A stretch of DNA of 64,000 nt. Source: an uncultured Verrucomicrobiae bacterium (GTDB lineage Bacteria; Verrucomicrobiota; Verrucomicrobiia; Limisphaerales; UBA11358). The stretch is from the NCBI GenBank assembly GCA_963744965.1, contig CAVUVT010000008.1, positions 69,767 through 133,766 on the forward strand. Reading direction: 5' to 3'. Both the position numbers and the translations under genes were made by a program. How positions within the stretch are numbered: position 1 is the first letter of the stretch; every line of letters starts with the position of its first letter. Positions 1 to 10,226 of the stretch are shown here, in pieces. The notes under the pieces were generated by a model. It had not been told where the DNA came from and did not search any database. It was given only the letters and a program-made list of their open reading frames with translations.

Positions 1-23
1 AAAAGCAAAAAACTTGTTTCATC

Positions 24-353
24 ATGGGATTCTTAAAACGATTTTTAAAACGGTTTTTCCGTTCCCGTGCGGCAGTCCAGCAACTGCCGGCCGGCAGTGT
101 CGCCGTGGACCGCAACGGCCACGTTGTCACCTACACCGTCTCGTCCACCTATCCCAGGGAGTTGCTGCACGCCATCGGTCAGGAAGTGCTGTCCCTCTTC
201 CGCGAGGCGCGCGCGGCGCAAATACCGCTGGCCGAAGTCAGCATCCATTTCACCAGCCTGCACATCACCGCCCGCGAATTGCGCGGCGGCGCCATCATTT
301 TCCTTTTCCCGCAAGCCGCTTTTTCGCCGCTAACCAACCGACCACGCTTATGA
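24..353 (+). CDS. hypothetical small protein (109 aa)
   Basis: Open frame with a basic N-terminus. Its stop overlaps the next start (ATGA at 350-353). No family recognised. Confidence 0.4.
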   Translation: MGFLKRFLKRFFRSRAAVQQLPAGSVAVDRNGHVVTYTVSSTYPRELLHAIGQEVLSLFREARAAQIPLAEVSIHFTSLHITARELRGGAIIFLFPQAAFSPLTNRPRL

Positions 354-742
354 CAGCCAAAGACCTCAACCAACTGGTCACTCAAATTGAAACGCACATT
401 GAGTGCTGGAAACAGTTCAATTATTTCATCAACGTCGCGCGCGGAAAAAAATTCGGGCCGGCGGAAGAAGGTCATTTTCTTGAAATTAAAAGCATCATCG
501 TGCAGGAGATTGAACTGATTTACGCTTCCGTTGAAGTCGCCTCGCCCACGCGCGACGAAATCCACGCGCTCATCGGCAACGCGCCGTCGTTGCGCTACCT
601 CAGCGAAATGAGCGAAGGCGCGCTCCGCGGCCTGGAAGCCCAGTGGCACAAAATTTACATCTCCTGGCACTCCATCCTGGGCCAGCTCAAGGTCAAACAG
701 CACACCGAGGAAGCCAAAACCTTCTGGGGATCAAAAAAGTAG
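350..742 (+). CDS. hypothetical helical protein (130 aa)
   Basis: Starts MTAKDLNQLV within the longer 14..742 ORF. Coupled to the upstream ORF by an ATGA overlap. No family recognised. Confidence 0.5.
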   Translation: MTAKDLNQLVTQIETHIECWKQFNYFINVARGKKFGPAEEGHFLEIKSIIVQEIELIYASVEVASPTRDEIHALIGNAPSLRYLSEMSEGALRGLEAQWHKIYISWHSILGQLKVKQHTEEAKTFWGSKK

Positions 743-852
743 CGTCCGCCGCATTTCTTCCTTGCCTGCCGCGCCCGTTTCGCGTCCAAATGGTTCATGC
801 TTGATTGGATGGCCATGGTTATTCCCTGGACGAGCGAAGGGATTTCATAAAC

Positions 853-1710
853 ATGCTGAATTATTTTCAAATCCTGATTTTGGCGCTGATTCAAGGCGCG
901 TGTGAGTTGTTGCCAGTGTCAAGTTCAGCGCACGTCATCGCGGCGGAAAAACTCATGAAACTGGATCCGTCGAGTCCTGAAATGACGATGCTGCTGGTCA
1001 TGCTGCACACCGGAACGATGTTCGCCGTCATCGTCTATTTTTGGAAAGGTTGGAAACGCGATTACTTTGCCTCCAGCAGACAGGTTCAATGGTTTGCGAT
1101 TCAAATCGTTATTGCGACATTTTGCACCGGCGTCGTTTACTTGGGATTGAAAGTTCTCGTCGAAAAAATTTTCATGCGCGGCGCGGCACACGCAGAAATT
1201 GAAGGTTTGTTTTCAAATCTGCGGTTGATTGCCGGGTCTCTAGCGATGGTTGGAGTTTTAATTATTTATGCCGGCTGGCGCGAGGAAAAATCACCGCGCC
1301 ATTCTGAAATTCAGCCGGAACATTCCATTTGGATCGGCCTCGTTCAAGGAATTTGTGTTCCATTTCGCGGATTCTCACGCTCCGGCGCGACCATTTCCAC
1401 CGGCCTTCTGCTCGGCCTGCCAAAACAAAAATTGGAAGAATTCAGTTTCGCGCTCGCCGTCGTTTTGACGCCACCCGCAATCGCGCAGGAAGCGCATCGG
1501 CTTATCAAGGCGCATGCGTTGAGCCAGGAATCCGCGCTGCATCTTTTAACGCCCGGCCTCGTCGGAATGATTTTCAGTTTCGTCGCCGGTCTGCTGGCCT
1601 TGAAATGGCTTTCCCGCTGGCTTGAAGGCGGGCGCTGGAAATACTTCGGCTGCTACTGTCTGGTCGCAGCGGTGGGTGTGCTGGCACTCCACTTCGCGCT
1701 GCCCCGTTAA
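853..1710 (+). CDS. uppP: undecaprenyl-diphosphate phosphatase (UppP/BacA)
   Basis: ELLPVSSSAH motif near the N-terminus and a polytopic membrane profile. Start chosen at ATG 853 (MLNYFQILIL). Confidence 0.9.
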   Translation: MLNYFQILILALIQGACELLPVSSSAHVIAAEKLMKLDPSSPEMTMLLVMLHTGTMFAVIVYFWKGWKRDYFASSRQVQWFAIQIVIATFCTGVVYLGLKVLVEKIFMRGAAHAEIEGLFSNLRLIAGSLAMVGVLIIYAGWREEKSPRHSEIQPEHSIWIGLVQGICVPFRGFSRSGATISTGLLLGLPKQKLEEFSFALAVVLTPPAIAQEAHRLIKAHALSQESALHLLTPGLVGMIFSFVAGLLALKWLSRWLEGGRWKYFGCYCLVAAVGVLALHFALPR

Positions 1711-1753
1711 AATTTGCGCTGCGCGGTTTTCAATCCACGTGATCCGCAAAAAA

Positions 1754-2326
1754 TCACTGCGCGGGCGCCGGAATAAAAATTTTCTGCCCGACCTTGAGGT
1801 TTTTGGGATCCAATCCCGGATTCGCCTTCAGCATCTGGTCCGCCGTCACTTTGATGCCCTGATCGCGATACTTCCTGGCAATGATCGAAAGCGTGTCGCC
1901 GGCCACCACTTTGTATTCGTACCCGATTTCCTTGCCGCCTGTGGTTGAGCCGCCCGTGGCGGTATTCGTTGTCACACCTGACGTTGACTTGCGTCCCGGA
2001 GACGAACCGCCAACTTTTCCGAGTTTTCCGATTTCCTTCAGAATCAAGTCATTGTCCGCCTGCTGTTTTTTGGCAAGTTCCTGGACCTGATCGGCGAGTT
2101 TTTGCAGGTCATCCGGGTTTGCGCCGGACCCGTTCGACTTGTCACGCAGTTCGCCGATTTCCTTTTCCAGCGCGGTGATGCGCTTGGCCTGCACCGCCTG
2201 CGCGTCTTGCAGGTCCTGAAGCCGGCCATTGATCTGGTCAATTTGCTGCTGGGTCGCGGCGTCCTGGGCGCGCGCCGCGGCCAGGGAAAAACTTAGGATA
2301 AAAATCCAGATTAAAATTCGTTTCAT
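1754..2326 (-). CDS. secreted LysM-domain protein with coiled-coil region
   Basis: Signal peptide, a Q/A/L-rich coiled-coil middle and a C-terminal LysM (YKVVAGDTLSIIARKY...GQKIFIP). Confidence 0.8.
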   Translation of the reverse strand: MKRILIWIFILSFSLAAARAQDAATQQQIDQINGRLQDLQDAQAVQAKRITALEKEIGELRDKSNGSGANPDDLQKLADQVQELAKKQQADNDLILKEIGKLGKVGGSSPGRKSTSGVTTNTATGGSTTGGKEIGYEYKVVAGDTLSIIARKYRDQGIKVTADQMLKANPGLDPKNLKVGQKIFIPAPAQ

Positions 2327-2356
2327 GCGCCGAAAATAAACCTCCCCCCGCCCGCG

Positions 2357-3694
2357 TCAAGTCGCGTCCAATCGTCCGTACTTCCGTATTTCCGGCCAGA
2401 TCCAGGCCACGGCGAGCACGGTCAGAACGGTTCCCACCCCGCCGGACACGGCGGAAATCACCGCGCCGACGACAATCGTGTTCCCGAGAGTCGGCCCGAA
2501 GATTTGCGCGACGGTCCCGGACTCGAACCAGCCCAGTTCGTTGGACGTGCTGATGAAGAGGTTGTTGACGGCGGAGACGCGCCCGCGCTTGTCGTCGGGC
2601 GTGAGCATCTGCACCAGTGTATGCCGCACCACGACGCTGATGTTGTCCACCGCGCCGCAGATGAACAGCATGAGGAACGAAAACCAATACCACTTCGAAA
2701 ATCCGAACGTGATCGTGCCGAGGCCGAAGGCCGCCACGGCCCACAGCATGGAACGCCCGGCTTTCTGCAACGGCGGACGATGGTTCAGGATGAACACGCA
2801 GAGCACGGAGCCCATCGGCATCGCTGCCTGCAGCAGGCCGAGACCGCCCGGCCCGACAAACAAAATGTCCTTCGCATATATCGGCAGCAGCGCCGTCGCG
2901 CCGCCCAACAGCACCGCGAACATGTCGAGCGTGATGGTTCCCAGAATGATTTTGCTCGCGTAAACAAACTTGAACCCCGTCAGCAGCGCCGAAAGCGTCA
3001 TGGGCTCCTTGGCGACGACGGTGTGTTCCCGGCGCACCATGCCGATGAGCAGGCAAAAGACCAGCGATGCCAGCGCATTGAGCACATAAACCAGCGCGGC
3101 GGGCGAGGCCGTGTGCCGGGACATGGCGGCGATGATGGCGCCAGCCGCCGCCGGCCCGACAATACTGGACAGTTGGAACATGGCGGCATTCCAATTCACG
3201 GCCCGCGGGAAATCCTTCCGGTCCACCAGCGCCGGCAAAAAGGCGGCGGTGGCCGCCCACGAAAACGTGCGGGCGGTGCCGCCGATGAACAGGCAGACGT
3301 AAATCCAGTAAACCGGCGCCTGGAGCGCCGATATGACGGCCACCCCAAGGCTCGCCGCCGCCATGACCGCCGTCATCAGCACGATGATTCGTTTGCGGTT
3401 GTAATTGTCCGCGACGTGCCCGGCCGGCAGCGTGAACAAAAACATCGGAACCATCACCGTCAGCCCTATGAGGCCCAGTGCAAAAGCCGAACCGGTGCGC
3501 TCATAAATTTCCCAGCCGATGGCCATGGCGAACATCTGCTGGCCGAGCACAGCCACCAGACGGCCGGCCAGATAAAGTGTGAAATCCCGGTTCCGGAAAA
3601 TGGCATACGGATGCTCGTCACCGGTTTTTACCGGCGGCGGCGGCAGCAGATCTTCTGGCGATTCAGCCTCGTGCATAAGCGCGATGACGGTCAA
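2357..3694 (-). CDS. MFS transporter
   Basis: 445 aa with about 12 hydrophobic helices and an MFS-like loop pattern. Confidence 0.85.
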   Translation of the reverse strand: MTVIALMHEAESPEDLLPPPPVKTGDEHPYAIFRNRDFTLYLAGRLVAVLGQQMFAMAIGWEIYERTGSAFALGLIGLTVMVPMFLFTLPAGHVADNYNRKRIIVLMTAVMAAASLGVAVISALQAPVYWIYVCLFIGGTARTFSWAATAAFLPALVDRKDFPRAVNWNAAMFQLSSIVGPAAAGAIIAAMSRHTASPAALVYVLNALASLVFCLLIGMVRREHTVVAKEPMTLSALLTGFKFVYASKIILGTITLDMFAVLLGGATALLPIYAKDILFVGPGGLGLLQAAMPMGSVLCVFILNHRPPLQKAGRSMLWAVAAFGLGTITFGFSKWYWFSFLMLFICGAVDNISVVVRHTLVQMLTPDDKRGRVSAVNNLFISTSNELGWFESGTVAQIFGPTLGNTIVVGAVISAVSGGVGTVLTVLAVAWIWPEIRKYGRLDAT

Positions 3695-3860
3695 TGTAAT
3701 ACAAAACTCGCGCGGGTCGAGCCGATTGGAGTTCTGCGTTTACGCGGCGGGGAAAACAAGGCTGGCCAGACCATCCCACGGGTGGAACGGGACACCGAAC
3801 AGCGGGAACCGGCTCCGCCTTGATTTGCAGTGGCCGCAGGCTGGCGGTACAATAATTCGC

Positions 3861-4028
3861 ATGGACGATCAAAAGGGAAATCCCCAACGCCACCGATGGC
3901 CTTGGTTTGTGCTGGCGGCGATTTTGCTGGCTGTGGCGCTGGCCATTGTGTGGATGAGTTTCGCCGTCCATCTGGAAAAACAGGAACGCGATGTGAACGC
4001 CCCTTTGCCGGCCAGTCCAGCGCGTTAA
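3861..4028 (+). CDS. small single-pass membrane protein (55 aa), hypothetical
   Basis: ATG-initiated ORF with one clear TM helix (WFVLAAILLAVALAIVWMSF). Could be spurious. Confidence 0.3.
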   Translation: MDDQKGNPQRHRWPWFVLAAILLAVALAIVWMSFAVHLEKQERDVNAPLPASPAR

Positions 4029-5428
4029 CGGTTGTTCTTCAAGATGCCTTGGAACTTCGTGATTACGTCGGGATGCTGGTCGGCGACATTGTTGGTTTCG
4101 CCCGGATCAATTTTAAGATTGTAAAGCTCTGGAGGAGCATCGGCTTTTGAACGGATAACCTTCCAATCTCCCATGCGAACGGCCTGGGCCGCGTCGCGAC
4201 TTTGGAGCTTCCAATAAAACGACTCCTGCCGGTTGGTTTGGATTTGGTTGAACAACGTCGGCAAAAGGGAAATGCCGTCAATGTTCATCGGGGATTTGAT
4301 CAGGGCAATGTCCGTCGCCGTCGGCAGAAAATCCCACGCCGCGCAGGGAAAATCACTGACCTGGCCGGCGTGAATCTTGCCGGGCCAACGCACAATCATT
4401 GGCACGCGCAAGCCGCCTTCGTAAAGATTGCCGCAACCACCACGAAACGGCCCGGCGCTCCGGAAAAATTCTGGATCCACGCCGCCGTTTGTTTGCGGCC
4501 CGGTGTCGCTCGTGAAGAAAAACACCGTGTTGCTTTCAAGGTTCAGCTTTTTCAGCTGCTCCAGCAACTGGCCAATGCTGGCGTCCAGGCGGGTAATCAT
4601 GGCGGCCTTGTTTTTTTCCAGTTGCGGCCACGGCTCTTCGGAAAACGGAGCGTCGGTGGGAACCCGCCCGGTCCCGGCGCCCGGAATGGTGTAATTCACC
4701 AGCAGGAAAAACGGCCGGTAATGATTGAACTGGTCAGGTTGATTGTTGCCGATGAAATTCACCGCCATGGTCGTAAACAGGTCGGGAATATATTGGCCGT
4801 TTTTATCACCGGCATTTGCATATACCACCACCTTGCCATGAAGCGGCGTTACCGGGTCGTAACGCCACACATAATCGGCATAAAAGTTTTCCGCGTCGGC
4901 GGGGTCGAAGTAGCCGGCGAATTCATCGAAACCCTTGCTCCACGGCGCGCCGGTCGTGCCGTCACCGCCCAGGTCCCATTCCCCGATCAGACCCGTGTGA
5001 TAGCCGGATTGCTTGAGCGCCTGCGCGACGGTGATGTCGTCCGCCGACAGCGACACGTCCACGTCAGCGCGCTGTTTCAAGTGACCCGAATCCTTGCCCA
5101 GCATTAACGCCGCGCGTGACGGTGAACTTATCGCGTCGCCGGCATGGTAATCTGTGAAGCGAATGCCTCCGGCGGCGAGCCGGTCGAGATTCGGCGTCTG
5201 AAATTTTGTCTGGCCGTAGCAGCTCAAATCACCGTACCCGAGGCCGTCGGCCACAATCAAAATGATGCTCGGGCGGCGCGGCATGGCGGCGGGCCTGGAG
5301 TTGGTGAGGACGAACGACAATTCCGCGCGGGCGCACGGGATAAATCCGAACAACGCCGTGCCCGACAACAATGCCAGGATGAGCGTCCGGCGGGAACAGT
5401 TGAAACAGGTTGATTTCATTATGAACAT
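4025..5428 (-). CDS. sulfatase (arylsulfatase A family), Ser-type
   Basis: LIVADGLGYGDLSCYG and the signature AISSPSRAALMLGK (Ser at the C/S-x-P-x-R position). Signal peptide present. Start is 5428 or 5419. Confidence 0.85.
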   Translation of the reverse strand: MFIMKSTCFNCSRRTLILALLSGTALFGFIPCARAELSFVLTNSRPAAMPRRPSIILIVADGLGYGDLSCYGQTKFQTPNLDRLAAGGIRFTDYHAGDAISSPSRAALMLGKDSGHLKQRADVDVSLSADDITVAQALKQSGYHTGLIGEWDLGGDGTTGAPWSKGFDEFAGYFDPADAENFYADYVWRYDPVTPLHGKVVVYANAGDKNGQYIPDLFTTMAVNFIGNNQPDQFNHYRPFFLLVNYTIPGAGTGRVPTDAPFSEEPWPQLEKNKAAMITRLDASIGQLLEQLKKLNLESNTVFFFTSDTGPQTNGGVDPEFFRSAGPFRGGCGNLYEGGLRVPMIVRWPGKIHAGQVSDFPCAAWDFLPTATDIALIKSPMNIDGISLLPTLFNQIQTNRQESFYWKLQSRDAAQAVRMGDWKVIRSKADAPPELYNLKIDPGETNNVADQHPDVITKFQGILKNNR

Positions 5429-5477
5429 GGATTTTGGGAAGGCCGGTGCGTTCAAAGCAATTCTTTTCGGCGGCTGT

Positions 5478-6767
5478 TCAGCCGGCCTGACAACGCCGGC
5501 CAAATTCCGCCTCAAGCGGGATTTGCAGTGCGACGATGAAGCTCGGAATCGTTGCCAGCAGCACCCACACGAAGAAATGCGGATAACCGATATGTTCCTG
5601 CAACCAGCCGCTCCACATGCCCGGCAGCATCATGCCCAACGCCATGAAGCCCGTGCAAATCGCGTAGTGCGCTGTCTGATGTTCGCCGCGCGCGATGTAA
5701 ATCATGTAAAGCATGAAGGCCGTGAAACCGAACCCGTAGCCGAATTGCTCGACGGCGACGCCCGTGCCAATCGCCCAAAAATTGTCCGGTTGCGCGTAAG
5801 CCAGCCAGATGAACACCGCGTCCGGCAGATGAATCGCCAGCAACATCGGCCACAGCCAGAATTTCAATCCGTGGCGTGCTACCACAAAGCCGCCGAGCAG
5901 CGCGCCAACCATGAACGTGACGACGCCGACCGAGCCGTAAATCAGGCTGATTTTTTCGATGGCCAGTCCCAGCCCGCCTTTTTCCGGCGGCGCGTGTAAA
6001 AAAATCGGGATGATTTTCACGAGTTGTGCTTCGCCCAGCCGGTAGAGCAGCAGGAAAAGCAGCAGCACGACGATATTCGGCTTCTGGAAAAATGACCCGA
6101 ATGTTTTGAAAAATCCGGTCCAGAAATCTCCGGTGTTCACGGCCACCTTGGGCTCGTCCGCTGCCGGGTGCGGCAGGACGAAGCGATGATAGGCGCCCAA
6201 GACCAGAAAAATTACCGCACCGACTCCGAAGGCAATCGCCCAGCCAAACGCCGGGTTGCCGGATTGCCGGCCCAGCTGGCCCGCGAGATAGACCAATCCG
6301 CCCTGCGCGGAAATTTTTCCGACATTGAAAAATACACTGCGAAAGCCGATGAAGAACGACTGCTCGTGTTCGGTCGTCGCCAGCATGTAAAAGCCATCGG
6401 CCGCGATGTCATGGGTGGCAGAACTGAATGCCAGCAATCCCAAAAAAACGATCGTCCACCGGACAAAATGCGGGGCGGGGATCATCAGCGCCACGCCAGC
6501 CAGGCCGATACCAAGCAACAGTTGCATTGTCCAAATCCACAGCCGCCGGGTTTTGAGAATATCTACAGCGGGACTCCACAAAGGTTTGATGACCCACGGC
6601 AGATAGAGCAGGCTGGTAAAAAATGCCGTGGCTTCGTTCGACACGCCGAGGTCGTTGTAAAGCATGACCGACACCGTTGCGACCAGCGCATTCGGCATTC
6701 CCTCGGCAAAATACACCGTGGGAATCCAAAGCCATGGGCGGTGGGAACTGGGTTTTGCGTCGGTCAT
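5478..6767 (-). CDS. MFS transporter, AmpG/PAT-like
   Basis: N-terminus WIPTVYFAEGMP...LYLPWVIKPLWSPAVD resembles AmpG-family permeases. Polytopic. Confidence 0.75.
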   Translation of the reverse strand: MTDAKPSSHRPWLWIPTVYFAEGMPNALVATVSVMLYNDLGVSNEATAFFTSLLYLPWVIKPLWSPAVDILKTRRLWIWTMQLLLGIGLAGVALMIPAPHFVRWTIVFLGLLAFSSATHDIAADGFYMLATTEHEQSFFIGFRSVFFNVGKISAQGGLVYLAGQLGRQSGNPAFGWAIAFGVGAVIFLVLGAYHRFVLPHPAADEPKVAVNTGDFWTGFFKTFGSFFQKPNIVVLLLFLLLYRLGEAQLVKIIPIFLHAPPEKGGLGLAIEKISLIYGSVGVVTFMVGALLGGFVVARHGLKFWLWPMLLAIHLPDAVFIWLAYAQPDNFWAIGTGVAVEQFGYGFGFTAFMLYMIYIARGEHQTAHYAICTGFMALGMMLPGMWSGWLQEHIGYPHFFVWVLLATIPSFIVALQIPLEAEFGRRCQAG

Positions 6768-6851
6768 TCCTGTTTGAGTAACAGGTTAAGGTCGTCCGGG
6801 CAAAAATTTTCCGGCTTGCACTTTAGCCCGCACCCTGCGTTGAGTCAGCGG

Positions 6852-7592
6852 ATGACCGGCGCATTTCTCAACGCCTTGGGCATTTTAATCGGCGCGCTGC
6901 TCGGGCTGGCGCTGCCCAAACCGCTGTCCGTCCGAACGCAGGTTTTCTTTCGTTCGGCTCTCGGCACGTTCACCATTTTCTTCGGCCTGCGGCTCGTCTG
7001 GTTGAGTGTCAACGGAACTTTTTTATCCGGATTGAAACAAATGTTCATCGCCGCGCTCGCCATAACCCTGGGTTTTTGGACCGGCAAACTGCTGCGCCTG
7101 CAAAAATTATCGAACCGGCTTGGCCGTTACGCGGGCGGTTTGGTCGCGTCGGCACAAACGGACGCGCCGCGCAAAATCGGCGGCGGCTTCATCGCCTGCA
7201 CCATTTTATTTTGCGCCGCGCCCCTGGGGTTGCTCGGCGCGGTGACGAGTGGTTTGCCAACCCCGGGCGGCCAGTCTGGCGGCCTTTGGCTGCTGGCGAT
7301 CAAAGCCGTGATGGACGGTCTGGCCATGACCGGTTTTGTGAAAATATTCGGCTGGCCGTCCGCAATGTCGGCATTTCCCGTCTATGCCTTTCTCGGCGGC
7401 ATCACGTTGGCCTGCCGGCTTTGGGTGCAACCGTTTCTCGAAATGCGCGGTTTGGTTGACCCGGTCAATGCCGCCGCCGGCCTGATCGCGTGCGCCATTG
7501 CGTTGATGGTTTTTGAGGTCCGCCGGGTGGAACTGGCGAATTTTCTGCCGGCACTCGCCGTCGCGCCGCTGCTCGCATGGTTGCTGAAATAA
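6852..7592 (+). CDS. DUF554-like membrane protein
   Basis: Starts MTGAFLNALGILIGALLG and is a hydrophobic 246 aa. The upstream part of the 474-aa ORF is antisense to the AmpG-like gene. Confidence 0.7.
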   Translation: MTGAFLNALGILIGALLGLALPKPLSVRTQVFFRSALGTFTIFFGLRLVWLSVNGTFLSGLKQMFIAALAITLGFWTGKLLRLQKLSNRLGRYAGGLVASAQTDAPRKIGGGFIACTILFCAAPLGLLGAVTSGLPTPGGQSGGLWLLAIKAVMDGLAMTGFVKIFGWPSAMSAFPVYAFLGGITLACRLWVQPFLEMRGLVDPVNAAAGLIACAIALMVFEVRRVELANFLPALAVAPLLAWLLK

Positions 7593-7703
7593 ATTGGGGA
7601 GTGTGACCGGGCGCGGAGAGCCGGTCGCAGCCGCGTCCCGTGAATTGGCGTTCAAGGTTTGGCTTGCCGTCCGGCGCGAACAGGCTGAAGCTTGAACACC
7701 AGC

Positions 7704-8390
7704 ATGAACTGCATCGTCACCGCCGGACCAACTTATGAACCGCTGGACGACGTGCGGCGGCTCACGAATTTCTCGACCGGCCGCCTCGGCACGGAACTGG
7801 CCAATTTTCTCGCGGCGCGCGGCCACAAGGTGATTCTGCTTATCGGCGCCATGGCCACGCATGGCGGTGAACGGCGCGCGCAGCGGGTGGAAACGTTTAC
7901 CACGACGGCGGACCTGCGCGAAAAGCTGAAAGCGGTGTCGTCCAAAAAAGTGGACGCGATTTTTCACGCGGCGGCGGTCAGCGATTTCGCCTTCGGAAGA
8001 ATTTTCACGCCCAACGAATCCGGCAAGCTCGCCGAAATCAAGGCGGTCAATAAAATCCCCACCCGGCAGGGCAAGTTGCTCATCGAGCTGGTGGCGACGC
8101 CCAAAATCATCGCCGAACTGCGCGGCTGGTTTCCGCGGACGCGAATCGCGGGGTGGAAATTTGAAGCGGAGGGCGCGCGCGCAGACGCCCTCAGCGCCGC
8201 CCAACGGCAGATCGCCGAATGTTCAACCGATTTGTGCATTGCGAACGGTCCGGCTTACGGGGAAGGCTTTGGCTGGGTGGCGCGGGATGGCCGGATGGCG
8301 CATCTGGCGACCGCGCCTTTGTTGTTTGAAGCGCTGGACAAATTTTTGCAGCCGCAACGCGCAACCCCGGCCTTCAAGCCGCGTTCTTGA
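7704..8390 (+). CDS. phosphopantothenate-cysteine ligase-like (CoaB/DFP family) protein
   Basis: CIVTAGPTYEPLDDVRRLTNFSTGRLG is typical of the CoaB domain. Confidence 0.7.
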   Translation: MNCIVTAGPTYEPLDDVRRLTNFSTGRLGTELANFLAARGHKVILLIGAMATHGGERRAQRVETFTTTADLREKLKAVSSKKVDAIFHAAAVSDFAFGRIFTPNESGKLAEIKAVNKIPTRQGKLLIELVATPKIIAELRGWFPRTRIAGWKFEAEGARADALSAAQRQIAECSTDLCIANGPAYGEGFGWVARDGRMAHLATAPLLFEALDKFLQPQRATPAFKPRS

Positions 8391-8429
8391 AATACGGGGC
8401 GCAACCCGCCGGCGGCGACAGCCGCGTTT

Positions 8430-10142
8430 TCACGCCTCGAAATTTTTCAATTGTTGCAACCCGAATCTCAGGGGCAGCCAGCCGATGCAAACGGACAGCA
8501 GCACGAAGCCGATGATGCCTTCCGCCGCCCAGCTTTCGCGCGAGTGCAGGCCGGCCGCGCCAAACACCAGCAACAATACGGAGGCCAGGATGTAAAACGA
8601 ACTCAGCACGAAGCAGAGCGTGCCGCCAAAGCCGCTGACGATTTTGTTCAGGCTGGCCTCCTTCAGGTTGGGATAAAGGACCCCCAGTCCGATGGCGAGA
8701 CCATTGAGGGCAAACGTCATGACGGTGATCACCGCGCCAAAAAACAGCACGCGGTCCCAACTCATCTTGAGCAGATAACAGGACAGCATAATGAGGCCGG
8801 AGGTGACAAACAGCGACGAGATGCTGGCCAGCCAGAACTTGGTTTTGACCACGCGCGCCATGCCCATCGGTGCCATGCCGACGATCCACAACCGCCGGCC
8901 TTCGAGCGAAAATTGCGGGAACACAAACCGCGTCGTCACCGAGGCAAGATTCAGCGAGCAGACGCCGAGATTCAGAAATGCGACCAGGTTGACCCAAAAC
9001 GGGCTGGTCAACTGGTGCGTGAAGTTGCGCAGGTTGATGACATAAACTCCCAGCAGGCCAAACAGCATCACCGACTGGCCCCATTGCGTGGTGTCACGCC
9101 AAAACATCCGCAGGTCCTTGACCGCCAGCGCGCGCATGTCGCGGTCGAGCCAGAACAATTTCGCGGCGATTTTTTCGAGCAGGCCGGCGGCAGGCCGGCG
9201 ATTCCGACCGGAACGAAACCAATTCCACCTGCCACCGGCGCGGCTTTGCACTGCTGATGCCGTGTGGTAAAACACATGGCCAAATTGGGTGAACGCAATG
9301 CCGCCGAAAAACAGCGTGTAGCTCAGCAGCACCAGCGTGAAAAATGCCGCGCCGCGCAGGACGCCTTCGGCCCATTGCAACACAGACGACGACAACCAGT
9401 AGCTCGGCAGAAACGGGAACATGGTGAATCGCGTCTTGGCGAGCAGCAGATCGAGCGCTTCGAGGGTGCGCTTGTCGAGCAACTCGTCGTCAACCGGCTG
9501 GGCCTTCCACCAAAACGCCGCCACCGCCAGCAAAACGATGGCCGTGCCAATCATGGCGATTTGAAAACTGCGCCGGTCCAAAAATCTCCCCACCCAAATG
9601 GCCAGAACCGCGCCCAGCACGCCCGGCAGCACGATAAACAGTGCGATGAGCGCCAACGTCACCAGATAGAAATGCCACGGGACTCCGCGCAACAAGCCAA
9701 ACGCCGCCAGCAACGGCGCAATCAAAAAAACAAACGCCCATGACGCCAGCACCGTGGATTCGATGAATTTCCAGCGGAAAATGGTCCGGGCCGGAACCGG
9801 CAGCGTCAGCAGAAACGCCGTCTCCCGATTGTGGAACAGATTGGTGTAGCCGATGATGAGGTTGCTCAACAGCAGCAACGCGAACAAAAATGCGAACAAC
9901 ACATACATCAGCCGCTCCGTAAGCACCGCACCCAGGCCCGGAAATTTCGCTATGAATCTCAGCCCATGATAGAACAGCTCGAACGACACGACGAGATACC
10001 CGGCCATGAACAACGCGATGATGCCGGTAAGCAACCGCGATTGATCGCGCACGGACAGGAGCCGCCGCCAGCTTTGCAGCGCATTGACGCGCACGAGCAA
10101 CCACAGCGGCGCGGGTTTTGATTGAACGGAATCAGCGGGCAC
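8430..10142 (-). CDS. large polytopic membrane protein (ABC-exporter-permease-like)
   Basis: 570 aa with at least 10 hydrophobic helices. Family assignment uncertain. Confidence 0.65.
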   Translation of the reverse strand: MPADSVQSKPAPLWLLVRVNALQSWRRLLSVRDQSRLLTGIIALFMAGYLVVSFELFYHGLRFIAKFPGLGAVLTERLMYVLFAFLFALLLLSNLIIGYTNLFHNRETAFLLTLPVPARTIFRWKFIESTVLASWAFVFLIAPLLAAFGLLRGVPWHFYLVTLALIALFIVLPGVLGAVLAIWVGRFLDRRSFQIAMIGTAIVLLAVAAFWWKAQPVDDELLDKRTLEALDLLLAKTRFTMFPFLPSYWLSSSVLQWAEGVLRGAAFFTLVLLSYTLFFGGIAFTQFGHVFYHTASAVQSRAGGRWNWFRSGRNRRPAAGLLEKIAAKLFWLDRDMRALAVKDLRMFWRDTTQWGQSVMLFGLLGVYVINLRNFTHQLTSPFWVNLVAFLNLGVCSLNLASVTTRFVFPQFSLEGRRLWIVGMAPMGMARVVKTKFWLASISSLFVTSGLIMLSCYLLKMSWDRVLFFGAVITVMTFALNGLAIGLGVLYPNLKEASLNKIVSGFGGTLCFVLSSFYILASVLLLVFGAAGLHSRESWAAEGIIGFVLLSVCIGWLPLRFGLQQLKNFEA

Positions 10143-10226
10143 GGCATCAAACTAGCGCTGAAGGATGCCGGACGCAATTCTTGCAATACTCGGGACTTCG
10201 GTTTTAGGGTGGTTTTGGAGTTGCCA

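Noticed and set aside
14-742. 242-aa ORF spanning the first two small genes
   Set aside because: Its first about 110 codons are an alternative frame over ORF 24-353 with Arg/Pro/His-rich composition. The convincing part starts at ATG 350.
2504-3823. 439-aa ORF on the plus strand
   Set aside because: It is entirely antisense to the well-supported MFS transporter (2357-3694). Its R/G/H/Q-rich composition is typical of antisense frames in high-GC DNA.
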